64,000 bases of DNA. It comes from Takakia lepidozioides (Eukaryota > Plantae > Bryophyta). Position 1 is the stretch's first letter. Each line of letters starts with the position of its first letter. The position numbers were made by a program, and so were the translations under genes. The stretch is taken from contig CM060734.1 in the NCBI GenBank assembly GCA_030704615.1, positions 43,338,001-43,402,000 on the forward strand, in the 5' to 3' direction. Positions 52,708 through 64,000 of the stretch are shown here, piece by piece. Below the pieces are notes generated by a model. It saw only the letters and a list, made by a program, of their open reading frames with translations, had not been told where the DNA came from and did not search any database.

Positions 52708-53809
52708 AAGGATGTTTTCTTGGAAAGATTCGAGTGTCTTGCTTCATTCAGTGATCTGTGTAGCTACTCAGATCATCCACTATTTCCTGAGAGTATTGAC
52801 CAGAAATGATAGTGGGGTCTACCCGGCATAGGTGGGAAGTCAGCCCATAATTGCACTTGACTGAAGGGGTGATATTGGACTGACTTTGGTGACAGTAGAT
52901 GGAAATCAGAGTGCTGTCCTAATTCTGGGTTTGGGTGGTGGAGCTTCTCCAAAGAAGTGAATACGACTATTGATGAGCTTTATTAGAGGGGCAGCCCTTT
53001 GTTCAGCATCTTAAATTTGCAGATGTTTGTTTGTTTCTTGTGGTGTGGCTTTGGATGGAGCCCTTGACGAACTTGCATGAATATTGTCAAATGCTATCGT
53101 TAACCCACCAAGATCCAATCCCATGGTGGCTGCTTGAAAATTTCATATAGTGATTGTAAGGGTATTTGGGTATGATTGATGCCGCTTGACTCCCTCACAA
53201 TAAGTGATACTGCCAGTGTCGGTCCACTGACGCAGATCTCTATTGCTGGTGTGACTCCCAGTGTTCTCAGTAACTACTTGAGCTGCCAATCTCAAACAAG
53301 CCAAAAAAACTCTCCGGAAATCCCCTTCAAGAAAAGTGAGGTCTTTTTCTCTTGCTTCCAGTAACCGTCCAACATCCCAAAACCAAAGCTTTTGGTCCAT
53401 CATGTTGGTTGAATTGATATCAATAAAATTACACCCAAGCAAGGGATATTTATGTGAATAATGAGAGGAAGATATACTTACTGCTCCTCCTTTGGCTGTG
53501 GGGGCACAGTCATAAGAAGGATTTCTAGCGAGTTGTGGTGCGATGCTCATAATGCCTCTCATGTTTGCGGGGGCCCTATCCATTAGAGGATGGTTCAGGA
53601 ATTAAAAAGGGGGATATATGTATCCTAGCCGCATGAAAAGTAAAATCGACTAAAAGGGAGTTGACATCTGCGAGTTTGTTTAAAACTTATGAGGCCGGTG
53701 GTAAGTGGCTGTTGGATGTGGGGGAGAACGTTGTAGAAGCCGGGAAAGTGTTTCAGTAGTCGCGCCAGAACTCTACCAATGTAAGAGGAGCGTAGTGGAC
53801 AATACTAGA

Positions 53810-55690
53810 GGCTACAGATATCTAGATATCTAGATCCTATGAATCAAAACTAATAGCGTTGATCTTGAGAAACAGAAAGCTAGAAAAGAAGTGATGTTGA
53901 GATGTTCTAAGATGCAACTGCAAAGATATACAAATAGGCAAAAAAAAAGAACAACTTAGATGCTCAACTAATATGCAACACTCGAGAAGGAGTTTAATGC
54001 ATGTAATGCAATAGAGACAAAGCAACCAAATGCAATGGAACTAGAGCAATAGATGATAGCAAACCTAAAGGTCAACAGCATAGCAAAGACATCAACCCTT
54101 AGATGCAGAATAGTAGCAAATCTCTATAAAGTCCCAAACTAGTTTCGCTCAACACTTGTGAGCTTATCAATGGGAGAGAAATAGAATGAGGCTCACCCCA
54201 GCTTATATGCTACTGTAAGGGGTTGTTGCAAATAGGCACAAGCCTAGAATAGGTAAAAGAAAGTTATTTTATGTCTAGAATAGGAAATAGTTATTTTTGT
54301 GTCTGTAAGATAACTTTATGCCTAAATAGAAAAAGATAACTTTTTAAGCCTAAAAATGGCTTGATGGCGATAGTCAATAATATCTCTCAAATATATAGTT
54401 GACTCTATTGTAACCTAACACAAACTACATATGAATATAAATCCCGAGTCTTTGTTCAAACTAAAAGCTTGTCAAAAGAAGCTAACTGCAGAACTTTAGC
54501 AAAGCACTAATGAAGTTTAGGGTTTAGGACATCCGTAAGATTTAGAATAGAAAATTCAACGGTAGCATGTTGTGCAAAGTCACGGGGGCTCAGATACTCC
54601 AAGATAGAAGAAACTCGCGAGAGCCTCAAGTACGCAGACGATCATAGAACAATCGTTTGATCTCGGTGAAGCTTGCAACCGTGCTTCTTCTTGAAAATGA
54701 ACTTTAAAATAATGGAGACAAATGTAGCAGTGCAACAAGATGCGGACTGTGAATGCACCGGGTGCAATAAGAACATCATCTGAACCAAAAAGTTTTTAGG
54801 GGAGCCGGATATGGGCACCTTGAAAAAACTTGTAGATATCTAGATCCTGGAGTGTTGATCCTCTAGATCTACTGCAACTGCATAGATATGCAAAGAGGCA
54901 AATATTGTGATTGAATCTATTTCACTGAGATGATAGGAGAATAATACCCTATCTCTTTTGCAAGAGAATAGACACAGTAGAGAACAATTTAGATGCTCAT
55001 CTAACACGCAACACTCGAGAAGGAGTTTGAAACATGCAATAGATGATAGCAAACCTAAGGCTCATTAAGAGAATGAAGACAAATGTAGTAATGAAGTTTA
55101 GGATTTAGGACGTCTCTAAGGTTTAGAATAGAACACACGTGAATGTTTAAGCTTCAAAATCACTTGCCGGTCAACTTATTAGTAGATTGAAAAGTCGACA
55201 GTGTAGCATGTTGTATAAAGTTACCAGGGCTCAGATACTCCAAGATAGAAGAAACTCGCAAGAGCCTCATGCACGCAGACGAACATAGAACAATTGCTTG
55301 ATCTCGGCGAAGCCTACAACCGTGCTTCTTCTTGAAAATGAACTGCCATGGTCTCTATCTTTCGATCTTCAAGATGAAGTACTCGGTCTTTGTCTTGTCA
55401 CCTCATCGGATGAATGAAAAGCTTCATGATCAAAAGAATGGAGACACTGTACATTATAAAAATGCTTAGGATCTTTAAAAGAATGAAGACAAATGTAGCA
55501 GTGCAACAAGATGCGGACCGCAAATGCACTGGGTGCAATAAGAACACAACCTGAACCAAAACGTTTTTAGGGGGGCCGGGTATGGGTGCCTTGAAAAAAC
55601 TTGTAGATATCTAGATCCTGGGAATTAAAATTAATAGCGATGATCCTGAAAGACAGAAGGCTAGAAAAGAAGTGATGTTGAGATGTTCTA
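53810..55690. repeat. Degenerate direct repeats, probably fragments of a non-autonomous LTR element
   Basis: 54505-54850 is similar to 55089-55620. AGATATCTAGATCCT recurs near 53825, 54835 and 55605. Purine tract AGAAAAGAAGTGA followed by TGTTGAGA at ~53881 and ~55663. Confidence 0.5.
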
Positions 55691-56116
55691 CTTGATACAA
55701 CTACTTGTGCGGCCAGCCCCCCAAGGGCTGCGAATTGCTGCACAGAGGTGGTGAGGCAGAGAGAGAGGGTGCTTGCATCACCCAAAATCACGAAAAAAAT
55801 AAAAATAAAAAAAATAAATAAATCACGTGGGCTGGTGTTGCTGCGAATTGTTGCACAAAAGGTGGCGAGGGAGAGAGAGACGGTGTCTGCATCACCAAAA
55901 AAAAAAAAAAAAAATGCCCATGTGGGCTTGGATGGCTTCGAATTGCCCCTACATTGCTGCGAATTGCTGCACAAAGGTGGTGAGGGAGAGAGAAATGGTG
56001 TCTACATCACCCAAAAAAATTTAAAGAAAAAAACCGTTTGGGTTGGGATGCCTGCGCGCACCAGCGCGGCTAACCCTCCGTGAATTGCTTGACATAGGAT
56101 GATAGAAAGAGATGTA

Positions 56117-59100
56117 TGTTACGGACATAGTCAATAAAAACTTACTTACCTAGAGTAACTTCCAGAAGTTACTGAATTATCGGGAGTTATCAAGTTATCA
56201 AAAATTACCATGATTTATCATGAGTTACCAAGTTACCAAGAATTTACCAAATTATCGAGAGTAACTTGGGAAACTGCTCAGGAAGCTTCATTTGGATGAA
56301 ACTTCTCCATCAAGATACCTCCTTTGTTTAAGGAAACTTCTCCATCAAGAAACCTCTTTTGTTTAAGGAAACTTCTTCATCAAGAAACCTCCATTGGGAA
56401 AGCTTCTTAGAGAACTTCCTAATAGCTAGTATATATAGAACGCGAGACTGGACACTCCTCAGTTTCGCCAACACAAGTTCAAGCTACTCTTGTTTCCAGT
56501 CCCAGTACCCAGTTCAGCTTCCAGTACTCTAGCCCAGTTTCCAGTATCTGGCACTCTAATCCAGTTTCCAGCATTCTAGTATTCAAATCGAATTCCAGTA
56601 TCTTGTACTCTTGTTCATTGTTATAAAGATCATCTTTGTTCATGTTTACCCATCATGCATTCGGCCACGCTGACCTTGACTTTTTGTCTAGTCTAATACC
56701 TCTAGTCTGATCTCTTGTTGGTGTTCAGTCATGTTCTCGTCCTTGACAGTTTGGCGAGACCAAAGTTTGTCCCTTAGTTAATTAAGATGGAAGACACATT
56801 TGCGGAAATGATCGTCACCTTATAGAGTCTCCAGCTCCAAATGCAAGAACTTCGTACCTCTACTGCCTAACTACAAGCTGATCAGTCTCAAGATCTTGAC
56901 AACGCTCTCAACAATATGCAACAACAAATTTCAGAGTTGAAGGAGTCGAACAATGGATCTTCAACCATACGAGTCCCTACTGCGACATCTCTTACTACAA
57001 CGGTTCATCCACATCTTCAAGAGATTATGAGAGAACCAAAGGTCAGCATGCCCGAGAAATTTGATGAGACGAGATCAAAATTTCACGGTTTTGTTCAACA
57101 AGTACGATTATTTTTGTTGCTGACCATGCCAAACATGAGTATACTAAGTGAATTCATTACCCAAGTCATTGCATGCGATAATCGTTTGTTCGAAAGACGT
57201 CAAGAAAAGCGATATGGATGATCGACAACACACCATGCCGCTGCTACTACGACACCAAACACAACGATCATTTGCTCGTTGGTCTCCAAACCATTCATGC
57301 CAGAACAATGTTTGGTAAATCCATCACGTTAAAGTCCACGTGATCAAAGATCGTTTAGGCATTCTTCTGGTGAGCATCCATGATGCTCCCACACATACCA
57401 TACATGTTCGCATCGGTGGTGAGTAAGAAAATATTTCGCATGGATCCGCTTTGGATGCTATGGGTGTGCATCTACTTTCCGGGTCTTTTATTCTGATGCA
57501 CTGAAGCAAAAGACAAACATACGTATGTGGATATGCTGCAATGCCTCATTGGTTCAAAATCAGAAGAGCCTCTTCCAGACTGTCTACCTCATGAAGCATC
57601 TTCACATCCCAAGAATGGGTGCCGACAAGCAGTGCTCACGACGTAATTATGTTCCCATATAAGGGCTTGGTATGTTAATAACATCTAAATGGATGCAATG
57701 GATTAGAAAGATGGATACAATGGATGTAACACATCCATTCTGCATTGCCTGGAAAGGGCTGATCAACCCGCGATAATAGGTGTCACCCGTGGTAATAGGC
57801 CCTGCATGTTCGCTCCGGCATGCTGACGTGGCGTGTGTCTGTGCTGGGCTCACGGGCTCCTGGATTCACAGGCTCACTCCTCCAGGCTCACGGAATAGCA
57901 CCCCCCGAACTAGACAACCTGCCCAAATCAAAGATGAACAATGTTTGTCGACGATACATTTTTTATGTTGTACAAGCTACCGCCGATAACCTTGAGCGAG
58001 CTAGTCATACCTTGAACACTTTCTGTGGGACCACCACAACAATCCCCTAATGCCTGGGCACTTGCGATATTACACATACATCTTACCATTCTCTTTGTAA
58101 AGAGCACCTCTTCAGAAAGCCATGCAGTATATCCATTCAGTATTGACACTAGAAGTGAAGCTTAAAAATCAAGCATCATAGATTGTTTTCAGCATCATCC
58201 AGTCTCCAACGAATCATGTGATCATTGGACTGCCCTGGTTTGTACTTCATAATCCTGACATCGACTCGCGATCGTGAAAAATTTCGGCAAGACAAAAATG
58301 TCTAAGTACCAAGGGTATTCAACCCCTGTTTCTTCGAGCTAGAGCCTTCATGAGAGCTACAAAGAAAGACGCAACATTTGCACTTTATGCGACTCCGATC
58401 AAGACCACAACAGACTAAGGTATTTCGACATTACCCACTCAATATCAAGATTTCAATGATGTCTTTGAGAAGAAAAATGCAAACATGTTGCCAGAACATC
58501 GACCTTATGATTGTGCAATTGAGTTGCAAAAATGAGCCCAACCACCATTCGGCCCAATCTACAATTTATCTCAGATGGAGTTGGCTGCTTTACGCGAATA
58601 CATTGCTGAAAATTTGTCAAAGAATTTCATTCGACATTCGAAATCACCCGCGGGAACATCTATCATATTTGTGAAGAAGAAGGACGGATCGTTACGCATG
58701 TGTGTAATGTGTGGACTATCTGGGCTCAACAAAGTCACTATAAAAAATCGTTACCCACTACCGCTGATTTTGAGACTCCTCGAACAACTCGGACGAGCAA
58801 TTTTTCACAAAGATCGACTTGAGAGGAGCCTACAACCTTGTACGAATAAAAGAAGGAGACAAATGGAAGACTGCTCTTCGCACAAGGTACAGACAGTTCA
58901 AATACAGTGTTATGTCTTTTCGGTCTTACAAATGCTTCAGCAATTTTCCAACACATGATGAATGACATCTTTCGAGAATTTTTAGATGACTTTGTAGTCA
59001 TTTATTTGGATGACATTTTGATATTTTCACATAATGAAGAAGAACATGGTCGTCATGTATGCCTTGTCCTTGATAAATTGAGGGAAAAATAAACTATATG

Positions 59101-60490
59101 TCAAGTTGGAAAAATGTCTTTTCCATCGAATTTTTGGGCTACATCATTTTTGACAAATGAGTCTTTATGGATCAGAAGAAAATACAAAACATCATCGAGT
59201 GGATTAAACCAACTTCGGTCTGAGATGTACAATGTTTTCTGGGATTTGCAATTTTCTATAGAATCTTCATCAATGACTACTTCAAAATTGCTGCACCATT
59301 GCCACGACTCACAAGGGAAGGACAAATTTGTATGGGACGAGAAGGCTGACCAGACATTTGAAATGTTGAAGCAGACATTTACAACGGCTCCAATTCTGGT
59401 ACATGCAAACCTATCTAAACCATTTTTTTTTGAAATAGATACATCGGACTTTGCATTTGGCGCTATACTTTTTTAATACGGTACGGATGACCAACTTCAC
59501 CCTGTTGGTTTTCGTTCTCGCAAATTTTTGCTGCAGAGATCAATTATGAAATCCATGACAAAGAACTTCTAGCGATCATCGATGTTTTTGCGGGGTGGCG
59601 TTATCTATTGGAGGGCGCTAAACATCAGGTCACTGTTTACACCGATCACAAAAAACTTGAATATTAAATATGAGTGTTCGTGGTTTGAATCGACGTCAAG
59701 CAAGATGGGGTATGTCACTAGTAAGGTTTGATTTTGTTATTACCTATCGCTACGAACAACTTCAAGGGAAACCCGATGCTATTTCTCGACAATCGTATCT
59801 TGCGCCGAAAGAAGGGGAAATAGCTTTCGACCAACAGAAATCCATCATCTTGAAACCAGCAAATCTCCAATTGAATATGCTATTCATGTCCACGTATGAC
59901 GATGCAGATATCATAAATGAGATTTAGGAAACACTGAAGAGCGACCAATTTGCTACGACACTACAAAGTCAACTAAATCGACCTCGAGACAACCCACATG
60001 TTACAAACGACTTCAAATTTAAAGACGGTTTGCTTTTTTTCAAGGGATTTCTCTATGTACCTCCGGGAAGTACACGACTCCAGATTCTTCAAACACGTCA
60101 TGATTTTTTTCGGCTGCAGGACATTTTGGCTTCAATAAAATAATGAAATTGATATCCAGCGACTATTGGTGGCCGCAAATGTGAAAACTATTGAATGAAT
60201 TTATAAAATCTTGCGACACGTGTGCTAGAGCGAAAGGACCACGACATCGACCTTACGGCCTTCTTCATCATTACCCATTCCCAAGTGTCCATGGTCGTCC
60301 CTATCAATGGACTTTATTACAGACCTTCCAGTTTCGAATACCCATGATTCAATCTTTGTTATCGTAGATCGTTTCACTAAGATGACACATTTTATTCCAT
60401 GTAACAAGACGGTTACAGGTGAAGAGACGGCAAAACTCTTTCTCAACAACATTTACCGCATTCATGGACTCCCGGATGACATCGTATCTT
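56117..60490 (+). mobile_element. Ty3/gypsy chromovirus (Tcn1/Tf1-like): 5' LTR 56117-56748, deleted gag, foreign insert ~57270-58140, pol truncated in integrase
   Basis: TG...CA 632-bp LTR; REPKVSMPEKFD (gag), [56 protein letters not shown]; many stops and frameshifts. Confidence 0.92.
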
Positions 60491-63400
60491 CCGTGAGAGA
60501 GAAAATGAGGTCGCTTGACGATTTTGATTTTTAAAAAAAAATTAAACGACAGTAATCCGTCATTTAATCAAACAAATCAAAATTTGTCAAAAATTCTCGT
60601 CGCTGTCTAGCTGCGACCCCCTGGAGGTCGCTTCCGGGGACTTAATAGTTTTTAGTGTCGGATGTTGTGGGCACCCATTTCCCGTCGCTTTCTAGCTGTG
60701 ATCCCCTGGAGATCGCTTTCGGGAACTTAGTAGTTTTTAGTGCCGGATGTTGTGGGTACACATTTCCCATCGCTTTCTAGCTGCGATCCCCTGGAGGTCG
60801 CTTCCTGGGGGTTGGAGCTTTTTTAAAGCATGATGTCATGTTTCATATAATTTCATATATCAGTTGGATGTGCAATTTCAATAGTGAGTTTTTTTTTTAA
60901 TAGGTGATGGTACGCTCACGGGCTTGACCAATCACGGAGGATGATTATCGGAATGTAGTTCCACCCGACGAGAACATCTCCAACAATGATGTCCGCATGC
61001 TTGATATACCTCCACCTCTATCAAGATGCTGACGTAGGGTTGGCGGACGTACCTGAAGATGTTCACGTTATTCATGCACAAGCCTCGAGCATCCCGTTCC
61101 ACCGCGTCCCAGCTTGCCACTTGCTCGAGGTCCTAGGCCTCTTAGTCCAGAGCCACGAGGCCCTGATCGAGCCACTTTGGACAAACTCCCTCGGATGGAG
61201 TGTTGGTGCAAGCGGTGTTGGCCACGAGTGGTACCTGGAGGTCTTCCCGTGTTGCGGTAGGCACATATTGTGGATGAACACTATCAGATATGGGGGATTG
61301 CTGATGCGGCAAGGGTGAGTCTTCTATAACCCATTGTTGTAACATTATTTGTGCTAATATATAAAGACGTACGTTTGTTGTACGTACTCGTTTATTTAAA
61401 AATGACTTGTAATTGATACTGTAATGGAAGCTATTGTGGTTAAATATATGAGTAAACAACAAACTAATTGTATGAATCATATTTTACGTGTAGCCACGAG
61501 TCGTTGCCCTCCAAGCGCGCGAAAACAGTACATCACACATACGTGATGAGTTGGAGGTGGACCATCCTTTCCGGATGTGACTTTGTTTTTCCCTCTGCTT
61601 GACATAGATAGGGTCTGTGAGACGAGGGGCTTACCCTATCCCCTTCGATTATTTGGTCACCGAGCTTGCAGCCGGCCACCGCTTGCCGGCCTCCTCATGA
61701 TGTCGATATTCCACGTCCATCACCAGTACACTCTAGTTGTACTAGTCAAACTCCACCTCCTCCCCCTTCTGATCCTCATCCATCTGTATCTCCTCCTCGT
61801 CCAGTTTGCACTAGACTATACACCGGCCCATGCAGAGTCACCTGCACCACCTCCACTTTGCATCACTCCACTGATCCATGAGTCACCTCTACCATCTCCA
61901 CTTTGCACTAATACTGCACCGGGCCCATGGGTCACCTCTATCACATCCAGTTTGCCCTAGTACACCAGCCTATGAGTCACATCTACTTTCGAGTCCACCC
62001 CGTGGGTAGTCACCTCCCAGCTTCTCACCCGATCAGTCTCAGACCACTCCACCTCCTAGTTCACATTACTAGTCACCTTATTCCGCCAGCTACTTCTTCC
62101 CAATCTCAGGCCCTCATACTTGTGTCACGTGCACCCGGCCCCTAGGAGGTGTAGGTCACCTTCGGTACTTAAGGTACAACGGCCCGATGATCCTAGGGTT
62201 ACTGACCGGGAGTATAGGACGATGTTGCAGACACCATTCAGGCCTAGCCTTTGGCATGCACTAGTGCCTCCGGTCCCCATTCCTCAAGGCCAACCATTTG
62301 AGTTTTGGGGTCGGTGATATTGTGTGAGAGCCGCGACGAACCCTTCCATGGGTCCTGGGCTATTCACAATGGAGGATATTGTGGTTCCTCCAGGGAGAGG
62401 GCAGACAGTGGACTTATTCCCTACTTTGGCCCATACTACACGATTTTCCACTGGGACTAGATATGACGGGCAGCCCCTTGGGTGAGACCTTATGGTCTTT
62501 GTGTCAATGACCTCGATGTCTTCAATCGGGTGTTGGACCTTGGATCAAGGGTTATATGTGACGGAGATCCCGATGTGTTCGGGTATGTTGCAGGGTTCAT
62601 CAATAGTTCAATTGGTAAACCTAAAATGAGCAAATGTATTGTGGGATGAGCGATATGATGGGGATGTTAGGCTAGCACAATCGATATCAAATTTTGTTAT
62701 GACATGTGTATGTAGTACAATTCCCACCGGTTCAGAGTTATTCGCCTCTTATGAGTTCTCTGATAAGGCTTGGGATGCGCGTGGAAATCGAAAGTGGAGG
62801 GAGTTTGCCAAACGTTACAAACGTCCCTCCTGCAGCCGCCGAGGAAACTTGTACTAGGGGATGGTGATTAGTCATGCACACATATCATGGCCCCTATTGT
62901 GGCACCGGTAGGAATGGGTGATTAGGGTTTAAGTTTTAGGCTGAATGTGCCACTGTACATATATTTTTTGGGAAGATAATAGAAATATATAGAACTATGC
63001 ACACGTGCAACCTCTGACAGGATGGTACGCCGGTTTTTGGCATGTCAAATCTTCCCCACCCCTCTCTGAGAGTGACATGGACCTGAAGGAGTGTCAACTC
63101 CAGTCGGGGTTACATTGGGCTACACGACGAGGTGTGTAACTCCACTTAGGGTTACATTGGGTTACACGACGAAGTGTGTTATTCCACTTGAGGTTACACA
63201 GAATGGAGTGTAGAGTGTAACTCCAGTCAGTGTATCCCACACTTGGTCTCGAAATTTGACTAAGTCCAAATGTGGCTAAGTATAAACTAGACTAACCAGA
63301 GTTACATGAGAAACCGGGGTTACAGAGGGTTACACCAATTGGAGGGTTACATTGACCAGGGTTACACTACAAGAGCCTCCCCTCAAGGATCAAACCTGAA

Positions 63401-64000
63401 TCTCGTCACCTACAATGCTATCACCTTACCGTCACGCTACCCCCCCACACTTGCAACCCAATCGGATTCTTAAGTATTTAATAGTGAAACAGAGGTAAGA
63501 GGGTTGGGGAGGATTTGACAGGGCCCCGGTCGGAGGAGTCCAAGTTGTCGGAATCCGGCGAAAATACTGTCAAATCATACGCGTCCATTAAGTTCTTACA
63601 TTATTCCTATTGTCTTTCCTATTTTTTGGATACAAATGGAACAATTCCCAACCATTGTATATTAAATGTATTGTGAATGTATTTATAGATCCAAGTACAA
63701 GAGCAAATGAGGTTAGTGAACCCTCCAACGGGCGCTCAGGCTGAGGTGGTCAACAGTGGTATTGGCCGCGGAGAACAAGGCCCAGACGACCATATTACCT
63801 AAGACGGTGACTAGGTGGACAATGAACACAATATGGACACTGACGACGTGAGAGCCATGGAGGATTTGTTAATGAACCACTTGGGGGAGGGACAACAAAT
63901 TGGGGAGGATGTGGCTCGCCCGACCACATTGGATGAAGATGCCGATCCAAATCCAATGGAAGCCGAGGCAACACACCCTTGTATAAAGGAGCAAGAGTGA
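60491..64000 (+). mobile_element. Probable CACTA-type element fragment with GTCGCT subterminal repeats and cargo; runs off window end
   Basis: ~85-bp tandem repeats at 60595-60810 rich in GTCGCT/GCGA. An acidic stretch ends in a frameshifted TPLYKGARV at the window end, resembling a CACTA transposase N-terminus. Termini not seen. Confidence 0.4.
62318..62760 (+). pseudogene. Degenerate SET-domain-like coding remnant
   Basis: Across two frameshifts: MGPGLFTMEDI...YFGP...ICDGDP...VAGFINSS...IPTGSELFASY, similar to SET motifs GxGLFA, (R/G)FINHS and IxxGEELxxxY. Confidence 0.6.

Noticed and set aside
53143-53583. 146-aa minus-strand ORF downstream of the PPR gene
   Set aside because: No recognisable domain or splice context; cannot be supported.

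Overview
Eukaryotic land-plant nuclear DNA, probably a bryophyte. The moss-like assignment is inferred from Tcn1-type chromoviruses, a piggyBac remnant and a highly repetitive PLS-DYW PPR gene; the species cannot be determined. A gene-rich core (28.5-52.7 kb) holds a canonical 12-exon UVR8 UV-B photoreceptor, a single-exon plastid-type membrane protein, a 6-exon UBA2-like two-RRM protein and a PLS-E-DYW RNA-editing factor. The flanks are TE-rich: a TTAA-bounded piggyBac remnant, CACTA/hAT MITEs, two rearranged Ty3/gypsy chromovirus copies, a LINE remnant and a probable CACTA with a SET-like relic. The 5' part of a nucellin/APCB1-like aspartic protease sits at the window start. The most notable signal is a tandem array of four ~570-bp two-exon units directly upstream of, and in frame with, the PPR-DYW ORF. 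Each unit splices into one OSB-type 'PDF' single-stranded-DNA-binding motif (W..(F/Y)F.DP..WWDNR..K / ..PR.PDFKHK.T...LW......P.WV). This predicts a chimeric (PDF)n-PPR-DYW protein: an ssDNA-binding module fused to a sequence-programmable cytidine deaminase. All exon models were made by eye and need RNA-seq confirmation.
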